From positions 1-57,702 of the forward strand of contig CAMEWU010000001.1 of the NCBI GenBank assembly GCA_945946715.1: a stretch of 57,702 nt of DNA. The letters are read 5' to 3'. This document shows positions 46,487 to 55,422 of the stretch, piece by piece; position 1 is the first letter of the stretch; each line of letters begins with the position of its first letter. The translations under genes were made by a program, and so were the position numbers. The DNA is from an uncultured Clostridium sp. Its GTDB lineage: Bacteria > Bacillota > Clostridia > Lachnospirales > Lachnospiraceae. Below the pieces are notes generated by a model. It saw only the letters and a list, made by a program, of their open reading frames with translations, was not told the origin of the DNA and did not search any database.

Positions 46487-47054
46487 CTACTTTCTGTCGA
46501 ATTACTTGTGCTTTGGTAAATACATAGAAGTACAAGGCAATTGTGCAGGCATAGAACACCAGTCTTCCTACAAATGAATGTGCAAAAAAGTATAGACCTT
46601 CCCCACCCCAGTAAATCATTTGACAAATGATAAAGATACGCAGAACATTTGCCATAAAAATGCTAAAGATTCCAATGACACTGATGACAATCTTTTCATA
46701 ATACTGATAGGCTGGGAAAAACCAAAGAAGTGCCAGAAATGCGAAGGTCTCAATAATACCGGAACACTCAAAATCTACATAAAGAGAAAGATTCGTACTG
46801 CCTCTGGAAATAAATAAAAGCCCTTTTTCAAAATAGGAAGAATAAGTACCGGTTATTTCTCCCAATAAGCCGGATACGGCAGCAATCGCATTCTGCATAG
46901 GGGCAAGCAGAATCGGTTGCAATACTATGATTGCAATCGTAAAGAGTCCTGCACTTCCAATGGTAAAAAACCAGAAATCCAGCTTGGCACGTTTTAAAAC
47001 AGTCAAAATGTAAACCCATACTATAGTTATCAGGATAATAATCCAATTAATCAT
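46458..47054 (-). CDS. xrtG: Exosortase-family transpeptidase, Gram-positive type (XrtG-like)
   Basis: 198-aa polytopic protein with the exosortase signature residues: DFECSGIIE (Cys), ANVLRIF (Arg) and FAHSFVG (His). Confidence 0.7.
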   Translation of the reverse strand: MINWIIILITIVWVYILTVLKRAKLDFWFFTIGSAGLFTIAIIVLQPILLAPMQNAIAAVSGLLGEITGTYSSYFEKGLLFISRGSTNLSLYVDFECSGIIETFAFLALLWFFPAYQYYEKIVISVIGIFSIFMANVLRIFIICQMIYWGGEGLYFFAHSFVGRLVFYACTIALYFYVFTKAQVIRQKVGAFRYDIHE

Positions 47055-47799
47055 ATTGTGTTACCCTTCTCTTTTTATAGGTAAAATACCCTATGACACA
47101 ACAGGTAAGAGCAGCCAGAACACCAAGCAAAGGTCCGGTAGATGTGCCAACCCATGTAACGCCTTCTGCACCAATATTCGGATTCGTGATAGTGATAGAA
47201 CCTACATTACTGATATTCATACCGGTAAGACGGGCAAAGTCATCTAAACGGAATGCAAATTCGATTTCATCTCCCTTTGTATCCGGTTGGTGATTCTGAT
47301 CGTATATGGTAATCGCTGCCTGACTGTCACAATACTTGGTGTAATCAATAATCACGCCCATATTGGTGTAAATTCCTTCCGGCAGAGAACGCATTTCATT
47401 ATTATAGTAATCCCAGTCAATACTGCCGTCTTCATGAACCGGATAGATACCCAGTGCATGAGACTGACCGTTAATGGTAATAGTCATTTGCTGAACCTGA
47501 ATCTGTGAAGTATACAAATCATTCATGGAAAAATGTACATAGACCATTTCTCCATCGGTATAAATCTGCCCTTTGTGTACACTTTCAGCATTATTAGAGG
47601 AATAAGTAATATTCGTAACCGGATAAGCAGACCAGTCATCATAATATCCATCAATCTGTATTCCGGAAGATACTTGAAGCAGTTCATCTTCAGCTGTAGC
47701 ACCATAAGCATAGATAGAACCAAAGCCGGTGTAGAATAGAAACCCTAAGCTGAGAAAAAATGTTGCAAAACGTTTTATATGATTGTTATGTTTCATCAT
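47047..47799 (-). CDS. Secreted protein with a C-terminal sorting-signal-like tail (Firmicu-CTERM-type candidate XrtG substrate)
   Basis: Signal peptide. The C-terminus is VGTSTGP, then the TM helix LLGVLAALTCCVIGYFTY, then KKRR. Its stop overlaps the xrtG start. Confidence 0.6.
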   Translation of the reverse strand: MMKHNNHIKRFATFFLSLGFLFYTGFGSIYAYGATAEDELLQVSSGIQIDGYYDDWSAYPVTNITYSSNNAESVHKGQIYTDGEMVYVHFSMNDLYTSQIQVQQMTITINGQSHALGIYPVHEDGSIDWDYYNNEMRSLPEGIYTNMGVIIDYTKYCDSQAAITIYDQNHQPDTKGDEIEFAFRLDDFARLTGMNISNVGSITITNPNIGAEGVTWVGTSTGPLLGVLAALTCCVIGYFTYKKRRVTQYD

Positions 47800-47832
47800 T
47801 CATCACTCCTGTTCTGATGGTATGTCATTTCT

Positions 47833-48246
47833 TTATTCATCCTGTACTTGTGAAAGGTCGGTTATATCCCGGTAAGAAGCCGGTAAATGAATTCGGCTGG
47901 ATACCTGATAGATACTTAGTGGTGTTGTATAAATATCCAATTGATACAGATTCACACCAATTTCATAAAGGGAAGTCTTTAAGTCCTCAAAAAATACGTC
48001 CCCGATGTTTTCCATATTTGGAACCAGAGTTTGAAATGCAGGTATGTCATTTAGGACACAATGCTCATACTGATTCAAATACTGTGTTACGATTTTATCA
48101 ATATCAAAAAACATAATTTGTTCTGTCTGCTGTTCTTTACTTACATATATTGTGATAGTAAAGGTATGTTGGTGTTGATGTTCTTTTTTATAATCAAAAC
48201 TATGTGTAGCATTAAAACGGTACTGGTATTTATAATACTTCTGCAT
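47833..48246 (-). CDS. Small PTPS-related protein (first gene of the exosortase operon)
   Basis: YRFNATHSF...HQHQHTFTITIYV shows a His pattern of the T-fold PTPS/QueD type. GAGGTG RBS before MQKYYKY; the ORF track start at 48267 is an extension. Confidence 0.6.
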   Translation of the reverse strand: MQKYYKYQYRFNATHSFDYKKEHQHQHTFTITIYVSKEQQTEQIMFFDIDKIVTQYLNQYEHCVLNDIPAFQTLVPNMENIGDVFFEDLKTSLYEIGVNLYQLDIYTTPLSIYQVSSRIHLPASYRDITDLSQVQDE

Positions 48247-48467
48247 AAAAAGCACCTCAAATATCATTTTCTATCGTAGGATACTATAATACTTTTTTGT
48301 CGAATTTTCATTGTAAATTTATGTTGTTTTATGTAAAATCTAACAGTTAAATAAAATTTTATAATTGATTTTATGGTTGTATATGATATCGGCAGGGTAA
48401 AATTAAAAAAATAGACAGAATACCATACATTTAAATGTTATTTTAGTGGCTCAAAGTTACTAGTCGT

Positions 48468-48496
48468 TTGACAAAGAATAGGGAAGTTGATACTAT
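48468..48496 (+). promoter_or_regulatory. Sigma-A-type promoter
   Basis: TTGACA, 17 nt, TACTAT. Confidence 0.5.
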
Positions 48497-48533
48497 GATG
48501 TTATAACTTGTAAATAATAAGGAGGAAGAGAAA

Positions 48534-48920
48534 ATGTATTTATCAGATTATGAATCAATGGAGATGGTATTAGGAGGATTAGGTGTTGCAGTCTACATAA
48601 TTGCAATGGTAATTTCATTAGCTGTTTCAGTACTTACAATTATTGCATTATGGAAACTGTTTGTTAAAGCGGGACAGCCGGGCTGGGCATCCATTATTCC
48701 TGTTTATAACTGCTGTTGTCTGGCTGATATCGGATTTGGAAATAAGTGGCTTGGACTTCTTTCATTAATTCCTGGTGCAGGCGGTATCTTTATGATGATT
48801 GTTTGGTTCCTGGTTGCTAAAAACTTTGGTAAAGGCACCGGATTTAGTATCTGTACGGTATTGTTTACACCGATTTGTTTGATGATTCTGGCATTTGGAA
48901 GTTCAGAATACGTAGGCTAA
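48534..48920 (+). CDS. DUF5684-like small membrane protein
   Basis: LWKLFVKAGQPGWASIIPVYN motif and 3-4 TM segments. AAGGAGG RBS. Confidence 0.5.
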   Translation: MYLSDYESMEMVLGGLGVAVYIIAMVISLAVSVLTIIALWKLFVKAGQPGWASIIPVYNCCCLADIGFGNKWLGLLSLIPGAGGIFMMIVWFLVAKNFGKGTGFSICTVLFTPICLMILAFGSSEYVG

Positions 48921-48939
48921 CTAGGAAAGGGTGACACGA

Positions 48940-49359
48940 TTGAAGAAGTTTCTGGAAGAATTTAAAAAGTTCATTATGAAAGGCAATGCCTTAGATCTGG
49001 CAGTGGGTGTTATTATCGGTGGCGCATTTACTTCAATTGTAAATTCATTAAATGCAGATATTATTACACCAATCCTTGCAATCTTTGGAGGAATCGATTT
49101 TTCTAATCTGACCGTAAAGCTTGGTCAAGGGGATTTGGCACCTGTATTGACATATGGTAATTTTATTACAGCAGTTATCAACTTTTTAATTACAGCCTTT
49201 GTTATTTTCTGCATGATTAAGGTGATTAATGGTGTTGGTGATAAGTTCAAAAAGAAAAAAGAAGAGAAGCCAACTACAAAGAAATGTCCATACTGTAAGA
49301 GCGAGATTGCAATCGATGCAACCAGATGTCCGCATTGTACATCCGAGTTGGAGAAGTAA
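48940..49359 (+). CDS. mscL: Large-conductance mechanosensitive channel MscL with a C-terminal zinc-ribbon extension
   Basis: FIMKGNALDLAVGVIIGGAFTSIV. C-terminal CPYC-x12-CPHC. Probable TTG start at 48940 (a GTG at 48931 overlaps the RBS). Confidence 0.85.
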   Translation: MKKFLEEFKKFIMKGNALDLAVGVIIGGAFTSIVNSLNADIITPILAIFGGIDFSNLTVKLGQGDLAPVLTYGNFITAVINFLITAFVIFCMIKVINGVGDKFKKKKEEKPTTKKCPYCKSEIAIDATRCPHCTSELEK

Positions 49360-49376
49360 GAGAAGAATCAAATATA

Positions 49377-49419
49377 AAAGAAACCATTTTCGAACTAAAA
49401 TTCGTCAATGGTTTCTTTT
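49377..49419. terminator. Bidirectional terminator
   Basis: AAAGAAACCATT...AATGGTTTCTTT. Confidence 0.75.
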
Positions 49420-49456
49420 GATTTAAAGATTACTTAAGCATTATTTCATTAGAATT

Positions 49457-49918
49457 CTAAATCTGTTTAATTAAGTTCACCATTTCAATAGCAGACAATG
49501 CACAGTCATAGCCCTTATTTCCGGCTTTGGTACCGGCACGTTCAATTGCCTGTTCAATACTATCCGTGGTTACAACACCGAATAATACCGGAACCTCTGA
49601 TTGTAAAGAAACCTGTGCGATTCCCTTGGATACCTCATTACATACATAATCATAATGACTGGTAGCTCCGCGAATAACAGCACCTACACAGATGACTGCA
49701 TCATACTTACCGGATTTTGCCATTTTTTCAGCAATCAATGGGATTTCAAAGGCACCCGGTACCCAGGCAGTGGTAATGTCTTCTTCCTTAACACCATGAC
49801 GTACCAAACCATCAATAGCACCACCTAATAATTTGCTGGTAATGAATTCGTTAAAACGGGATGCAACGATTCCTACCTTCATGTCCTGTGCAACTAATTT
49901 TCCTTCTAAAGTGTTCAT
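49457..49918 (-). CDS. ribH: 6,7-dimethyl-8-ribityllumazine synthase
   Basis: [21 protein letters not shown] and THYDYV motifs. Confidence 0.95.
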   Translation of the reverse strand: MNTLEGKLVAQDMKVGIVASRFNEFITSKLLGGAIDGLVRHGVKEEDITTAWVPGAFEIPLIAEKMAKSGKYDAVICVGAVIRGATSHYDYVCNEVSKGIAQVSLQSEVPVLFGVVTTDSIEQAIERAGTKAGNKGYDCALSAIEMVNLIKQI

Positions 49919-49941
49919 TATAAAATCCTCCTTACAATATG

Positions 49942-50856
49942 TTATTTATTATAATTATTTAAATGAGTATCTATATAATCCATAAATGGTTTCTTACTGA
50001 CTTGCTCTTGGTTGTTTTTGTACCAGTCATATGCTTCCTGTAAACCATCGAATAATGGCTTTGTATCAGGTATGAATTGGAGTTGCTTTGTTACATCAAG
50101 ATAGTATTCATAATCATAGAAACTAAAATATTTTCGTTGGTCTATATCTTCGAATACAGATATGAATTCCACTGGTTTGTTTACAATACCATAGCAAAGT
50201 TCCACCCATTCACGAATGGAAACGGTCTCTTGGTTTCCTACATTAAAAATATGCTGATAAGGCTTGGCGTCTAAGATGGCATCTATAAATCGGCATAAAT
50301 CATGGACGTGGAAAAACTGCAATTGCATTTCTCCGTTTTCAGGCAGATAGAATTTTCGGTTTTCCAAAGCACAGTCAAAAACAAATGCTTCTCTGTAAAT
50401 ATCATTCATGGGACCATATAAATATGGTGGACGAAGAATGTAAGCATTGGGATTCCTATCTAAAAGTGCCTGTTCTGCTTCAATCTTATCCGTTCCATAT
50501 TTGCCCCAATATTTATTAGCCCCTACTTGGGTTGCTTCTGTAAATGGCTGTAGAGAATACTCAGGATATACAGCACTGGAGCTGATGAGAACATATTCAT
50601 CATAGCTTCCTAAGGCATCAAGTAACAAATCAACGTCTTTGGCAGTATAGGCAGTAACATCAATTACAGCATCGAAATGAAAAGGACGAAGAACATCACC
50701 TAAATGATTCCTGTCTGCCTGAATCAGCTTTGCTCCTGCAGATTGTGGTCTGCTGTTTCTGTTGAGTACATAAACATCATAGCCTTTGGCAATATAGTAT
50801 TCTGCTACATATCTGCTGACAAATACAGTTCCGCCGGTTACAAGGATTGTTGGCAT
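49942..50856 (-). CDS. NAD-dependent epimerase/dehydratase (SDR) family protein, inserted between ribBA and ribH
   Basis: N-terminal Rossmann motif [11 protein letters not shown] and a Y-x3-K region (YGTDK). AGGAGG RBS. Lies 23 nt upstream of the ribH start. Confidence 0.7.
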   Translation of the reverse strand: MPTILVTGGTVFVSRYVAEYYIAKGYDVYVLNRNSRPQSAGAKLIQADRNHLGDVLRPFHFDAVIDVTAYTAKDVDLLLDALGSYDEYVLISSSAVYPEYSLQPFTEATQVGANKYWGKYGTDKIEAEQALLDRNPNAYILRPPYLYGPMNDIYREAFVFDCALENRKFYLPENGEMQLQFFHVHDLCRFIDAILDAKPYQHIFNVGNQETVSIREWVELCYGIVNKPVEFISVFEDIDQRKYFSFYDYEYYLDVTKQLQFIPDTKPLFDGLQEAYDWYKNNQEQVSKKPFMDYIDTHLNNYNK

Positions 50857-50877
50857 CTATAGTTCCTCCTGTTATTG

Positions 50878-51474
50878 TAAATTATGGTTTAACACAATAA
50901 CCTTCAACCGCGGTTCCGAGGATATAGGTCTGCACGAGACGCGTTAATCGCACTTCGTGCTCACGGGTAGTGCACTGACGTGCACGTAGGTCGTAAGGAA
51001 TCCTCCCACTTCGTGGGTCCCTCCTTGCGACAAGATACACTCCTGCCAGCACGTAGCGGTACGTAAGGCTGTGCATTAACATGTACAAAGATTGTTTATA
51101 TCTAAGCACAGCCTAAGGACCGACGTGCTTCTAGGGCCTCGTGCGGACCTATATCCTCAAACCGCTGTGTTAGAAATCGTCAAAAATCATAATTTATAGT
51201 GTGGCAAGTAGTAAGGCTCCGCGAGAATTATAGTAATTTTAACTTGCGCGGAGCGGTACTATTTACTCCAATATAAATTATGGGTTTTACCAGAGTAGAT
51301 GTTCGGCGGATGAATCTATATGCTTGATGCAGGCTCTAAAAGTACGTCGGTACTTGGATTGCGTTTTTTGCAATCCTATGTACCGCTACGTACTGACCGA
51401 AGCGAAAGCGGGTCTGCATTAAGCATATAGATTCGAAGCCGAATGGTATACTGGTGCGTTAAACCATAATTTAT
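50878..51474 (+). ncRNA. Unclassified ~600-nt GC-rich, densely self-complementary noncoding element: module 1 at 50878-51196, hairpin at 51216-51254, module 2 at 51274-51474. Structured RNA(s) or a MITE-like insertion; strand assignment tentative.
   Basis: Each module is closed by an inverted pair of the motif TAAATTATGGTTT. Two 21-bp helices (50918-50938/51138-51158 and 51312-51332/51414-51434) each carry one G-T pair that is a wobble only on the plus strand. GAAA tetraloop hairpin at 51402-51409 and several local hairpins. Confidence 0.45.
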
Positions 51475-51485
51475 CAAACCATAAT

Positions 51486-52697
51486 TTATTTACCCAGATG
51501 CGAAAAAATATGCCCCATCTTTTCTTCCTTGGTTTTCATATAAAAAGCATCATATTTTTGTACCGGAACTTCAATTGGTACACGCTCTTTAATCTGCAAT
51601 CCATAACCATCCAGTCCGTATATTTTACTTGGATTATTGGTCAGCAGACGTAATTCCTTGATACCTAAATCCCGAAGAATCTGGGCTCCTACCCAGTATT
51701 CCCGAAGGTCTGGTGCGAAGCCTAAGTCTAAGTTGGCTTCTACAGTATCTCGCCCTTTTTCCTGTAGCTCATAGGCTTTCAATTTATTGATTAATCCGAT
51801 ACCCCGGCCTTCCTGTCGCATATACAGAAGTACGCCCCGGCCTTCCTTTTCAATCTGTCGCAAAGCACTGGCTAATTGCTGTCCGCAGTCACAACGCAGG
51901 GAGCCGAATACATCTCCGGTTAAGCATTCAGAATGAACCCGGCAAAGCACATCCATGCCGTCGCCGATATCGCCCTTCACCAAAGCAATATGGTGTTCGC
52001 CGGTAATATCACTGACATAGCCATATGCCTTGAAGGTTCCGTATTCCGTTGGAAGATTTACTTCTGCTTCCCGACTGACATGTTTTTCGTGGAGACGGCA
52101 GTAATCCTGTAAGTCTTTGATGGTAATAAATGCAATGTTGTGTTCCTTTGCAATTTCAATTAATTCCGGTGTACGCATCATATGTCCGTCCTCTGCCATG
52201 ATTTCACAGCAAAGGCCGCAAGGTTTCAAACCTGCCAGTCGCATTAGGTCTACCGTTGCTTCTGTATGCCCGTTTCGAACCAGAACACCGCCGGATCTGG
52301 CAACCAGAGGAAACATATGTCCCGGTCTGCGGAAATCACTTGGTTTTGCGTCATCGGCAACTGCATTCATTGCAGTAATGGAACGTTCATATGCAGAAAT
52401 ACCCGTAGTGGTATCTATATGGTCGATACTGACGGTAAAAGCAGTGCAGTGATTGTCCGTATTCTCTGATACCATCTGAGGGACATTCAGTTTGTCAGCC
52501 AGTTCTTTTGACATTGGCATACAGATTAAGCCTTTGCCATGAACAGCCATGAAGTTAACATTTTCGCCGGTAGCAAACTCAGCAGCACAGATAAAATCCC
52601 CTTCATTTTCCCGGTCAGGGTCATCGGTACAGAGAATAATCTTTCCGGCACGTAGTTCGTCTAATGCATGTTCTATGGTTGAGAATTCAAACTCCAT
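51486..52697 (-). CDS. ribBA: Bifunctional 3,4-dihydroxy-2-butanone-4-phosphate synthase / GTP cyclohydrolase II
   Basis: [14 protein letters not shown], and CDCG...GRGIGL motifs. Confidence 0.95.
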   Translation of the reverse strand: MEFEFSTIEHALDELRAGKIILCTDDPDRENEGDFICAAEFATGENVNFMAVHGKGLICMPMSKELADKLNVPQMVSENTDNHCTAFTVSIDHIDTTTGISAYERSITAMNAVADDAKPSDFRRPGHMFPLVARSGGVLVRNGHTEATVDLMRLAGLKPCGLCCEIMAEDGHMMRTPELIEIAKEHNIAFITIKDLQDYCRLHEKHVSREAEVNLPTEYGTFKAYGYVSDITGEHHIALVKGDIGDGMDVLCRVHSECLTGDVFGSLRCDCGQQLASALRQIEKEGRGVLLYMRQEGRGIGLINKLKAYELQEKGRDTVEANLDLGFAPDLREYWVGAQILRDLGIKELRLLTNNPSKIYGLDGYGLQIKERVPIEVPVQKYDAFYMKTKEEKMGHIFSHLGK

Positions 52698-52764
52698 AGT
52701 AAATTCCTCCTAACTATATTTGAATGATTTGATTTTGAATGGAAGTCTTTTGTATAAATTTTAT

Positions 52765-53442
52765 TTAAAATCCATGTTCCCGTAAGAAGTCCATGGTAAT
52801 ACCGCCGGAAGTATGCGTGTTAGAAGCAGTTTCATCCAAAGCAGGTGTTCCGGTGTAGGGGAGTAGCAGCTTTTCTACATACTTTCCAATCACATCATTT
52901 TCCAGATTTACCATATCTCCGGGCTTCCGTTTTAAAAGAGTAGTTTCTTCTCCGGTATGGGGAATAATAGACACCTTAAATACGGATTCATTTACATATG
53001 CCACTGTTAAACTGATACCATCAATGGCAATGGAACCTTTATTTACAATCAGGTGCAGGATAGAAGCAGGAGCCTGAATGGTTACCCAAACAGCATTACC
53101 TTCCGGTTCTAACGCCTGAATAGTTCCGGTGCCATCAATATGACCACTGACGATATGTCCGCCAAAGCGTCCGTCTGCCGCCATGGCACGTTCCAGATTC
53201 ACACTGGCACCAATGGGCAGGCTGCCCAAATTAGTTTTTCGTAAGGTCTCTGCCATGACATCTGCTACAAAACTGTCTCCTTGCAGCTTGGTTACAGTAA
53301 GGCAGACACCATTTACTGCGATGCTGTCGCCGATATTCGTTCCTTCCAGCACTTTTTTAGCTTTGATTTCAATAAAACCGGAGGTCTGGTGACCAATAAT
53401 TTTTTTTACCGTTCCGGTTTCTTCTATAATGCCTGTAAACAT
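52765..53442 (-). CDS. ribE: Riboflavin synthase
   Basis: MFTGIIEETG start and duplicated GDS-AVNGVCLT / GSIAIDGISLT repeats. Confidence 0.95.
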   Translation of the reverse strand: MFTGIIEETGTVKKIIGHQTSGFIEIKAKKVLEGTNIGDSIAVNGVCLTVTKLQGDSFVADVMAETLRKTNLGSLPIGASVNLERAMAADGRFGGHIVSGHIDGTGTIQALEPEGNAVWVTIQAPASILHLIVNKGSIAIDGISLTVAYVNESVFKVSIIPHTGEETTLLKRKPGDMVNLENDVIGKYVEKLLLPYTGTPALDETASNTHTSGGITMDFLREHGF

Positions 53443-53481
53443 AATGATAGGTTCTCCTTTCTGCAAAGGTTAAAAATACAC

Positions 53482-54573
53482 TTAGGAAATACAGTCATAT
53501 TCCAGCAGAACATCATTACCAAAGGTCTGAACCTTCGGATTGGTGAGTTTGAAGCTGTCAGCAACCGCCTGAATGCCACTGCCACTAACGGGAGTAAATC
53601 GGTTGATGCCGCCGAAAATCTGTGCACCGACATAAGCATATACATGGTGTACCTGTCTTTCTGCTATAAATGCAGCATTTATGGTACCACCACCTTCTAC
53701 TAAGATACCGTCAATATCCTGTTGTCCTAATTTCTGTAATAAATCTGCAATGTCAATGGTTCCGTCTTTTTCTTTTATAAATAATACTTGTACTCCTTTC
53801 GCTTCTAAAGCCGCCTGTTTATTCTGTGGATCATCTACACAGGCAACAATCACAGGAGCCTGCTTGGTAGTGTTGCATATCTGACAGTCCAGAGGAATAC
53901 GCAAGTGGCTGTCACAGACAATTCGCACCGGATTCCTGCCTTCCGGAATACGACAGGTTAAAAGAGGGTTGTCCTGCAATACGGTGCCGATTCCAACCAG
54001 AATCCCTTTGTAGTAATTCCGCAGCTGGTGTACATGATTTCTTGCCGGTTCTCCGGTAATCCATTGGGATTCTCCGGAATTGACTGCGATTTTGCCATCT
54101 GCAGTCATGGCATATTTTAAAGCCACATAGGGTTCCTTGTTCCGGATATAATGAAAAAAGACCGGATTCAATGTATCACATTCATCACGAAGAAAATCTT
54201 CTACGACTTCAATTCCTGCTTCACGAAGGATAGCAGCGCCCTTGCCGGACACCTTGGGATTCGGATCTCTGGAGCCAATAACTACCTTTGCCAGCTTATG
54301 TTCGATAATAGCCTCTGTGCAGGGAGGTGTTTTGCCATAATGACAGCAGGGTTCCAGTGTCACATAAATGGTTGCTCCCTCTGCTGATTCCTTACAATTT
54401 GCCAGTGCATTTCGTTCCGCATGGAGTCCACCGATATATTGGTGATAACCTTCTCCAATGATTTTATCATTTTTTACAATCACAGCACCTACCATAGGGT
54501 TAGGATTGGTTTTTCCTACGGCCAGTGCAGCAAGCTCTATGGCACGTCGCATATATGCTTCTTCTTTCATCAC
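53482..54573 (-). CDS. ribD: Bifunctional diaminohydroxyphosphoribosylaminopyrimidine deaminase / 5-amino-6-(5-phosphoribosylamino)uracil reductase
   Basis: HAERNAL and LEPCCHYGKTPPC deaminase motifs plus a C-terminal reductase domain. Confidence 0.95.
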   Translation of the reverse strand: MMKEEAYMRRAIELAALAVGKTNPNPMVGAVIVKNDKIIGEGYHQYIGGLHAERNALANCKESAEGATIYVTLEPCCHYGKTPPCTEAIIEHKLAKVVIGSRDPNPKVSGKGAAILREAGIEVVEDFLRDECDTLNPVFFHYIRNKEPYVALKYAMTADGKIAVNSGESQWITGEPARNHVHQLRNYYKGILVGIGTVLQDNPLLTCRIPEGRNPVRIVCDSHLRIPLDCQICNTTKQAPVIVACVDDPQNKQAALEAKGVQVLFIKEKDGTIDIADLLQKLGQQDIDGILVEGGGTINAAFIAERQVHHVYAYVGAQIFGGINRFTPVSGSGIQAVADSFKLTNPKVQTFGNDVLLEYDCIS

Positions 54574-55136
54574 GGCACCTCCCGGGAAATGGACTCTATA
54601 TAATTTTTTGTATGTGTCATAATAACAGATAAATTAGTAATGTCTTTAAAAGCATCGCCGGTTTCCAGGGAATGATTTCCGCCCTCGGTGATAAAAAGAG
54701 GAAGACCATGCTCCTCACAGCCTTGTATTACAATATCGGTTGATACCCACGGGTCATTGGTTCCGGTAAATACAATACCTTCCGTTCCCATGAAATCAAA
54801 GGAAGCAGCCACAGGGGTGTAATATACATGATAAGTGGTCAACGGATGCTCTTTTGTATAAGCAGCTGCAACAGCCGTTCCTACACTCTTGGAAATAAAC
54901 AGAATATCACTATAACCGGAAAAATCAATCTTGCTTAAGATGTCTTCTGTCTGAGATAGAGCAGTTAAGAAGGCTTTCTTCATTTTGTCCGGCGAACCCT
55001 TGATATCACGTTCAAAGGGACCATAGGTGACTTCCATTATCTCAAAGCCATATTCTTTTGCCAGCTTCTTGCTATAATATAGAAGTGGCTTATCGGTATG
55101 ATAACCAATTCCCGGAAAAATAACAGCTAATTTCAT
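54570..55136 (-). CDS. Small alpha/beta-hydrolase-fold protein, first gene of the FMN-riboswitch-controlled rib operon
   Basis: Candidate triad FISKSVG (Ser), GTNDPW (Asp) and GGNHS (His). Its stop overlaps the ribD ATG (ATGA). Confidence 0.6.
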   Translation of the reverse strand: MKLAVIFPGIGYHTDKPLLYYSKKLAKEYGFEIMEVTYGPFERDIKGSPDKMKKAFLTALSQTEDILSKIDFSGYSDILFISKSVGTAVAAAYTKEHPLTTYHVYYTPVAASFDFMGTEGIVFTGTNDPWVSTDIVIQGCEEHGLPLFITEGGNHSLETGDAFKDITNLSVIMTHTKNYIESISREVP

Positions 55137-55254
55137 GTGAGCTACTCCTTTCTGAATTTCAGGATTTGTAGAACATTTGTAATTTGACGAAAGAGAGAAG
55201 TACGTTAAATTATAAAAGCCCTAATGCAAAATCAGGGCAAATGTACATAGAAAA

Positions 55255-55410
55255 TAAAAAACTGGAATACAGGGATTCCAGAGCATTCATTCTATCATCT
55301 TCTCTCATCCAGACTATACTGTCGGCTTCGGAATTACACCGAATCATGCCTTGTGGCTCGCGGGCTGTACCGCCGGTAGGGAATTACACCCTGCCCTGAA
55401 GAATCTTCAT
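55255..55410 (-). promoter_or_regulatory. FMN riboswitch (RFN element) with terminator
   Basis: Minus strand reads CAGGGCAGGGTGTAATTCCCTACCGGCGGTACAGCCCGCGAGCC...GATTCGGTGTAATTCCGAAGCCGACAGTATAGTCTGGATGAGAGAAG, then CTGGAATCCCTGTATTCCAG followed by TTTTTT. Confidence 0.95.
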
Positions 55411-55422
55411 TTTCTAGTGGAT

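Noticed and set aside
50950-51017. Apparent UUCG tetraloops (GCACTTCGTGC, CCCACTTCGTGGG) as evidence for the strand of the structured RNA
   Set aside because: On careful pairing, the G of TTCG pairs with the preceding C, leaving 3-nt TTC loops. These are not C(UUCG)G tetraloops and do not discriminate between strands. The strand inference rests only on the G-T pairs and one GAAA loop.
50882-51109. 75-aa minus-strand ORF inside the structured element
   Set aside because: It has no SD and a composition biased toward Arg/Leu/Tyr, as expected from translating GC-rich palindromic DNA. It lies wholly within paired helices.
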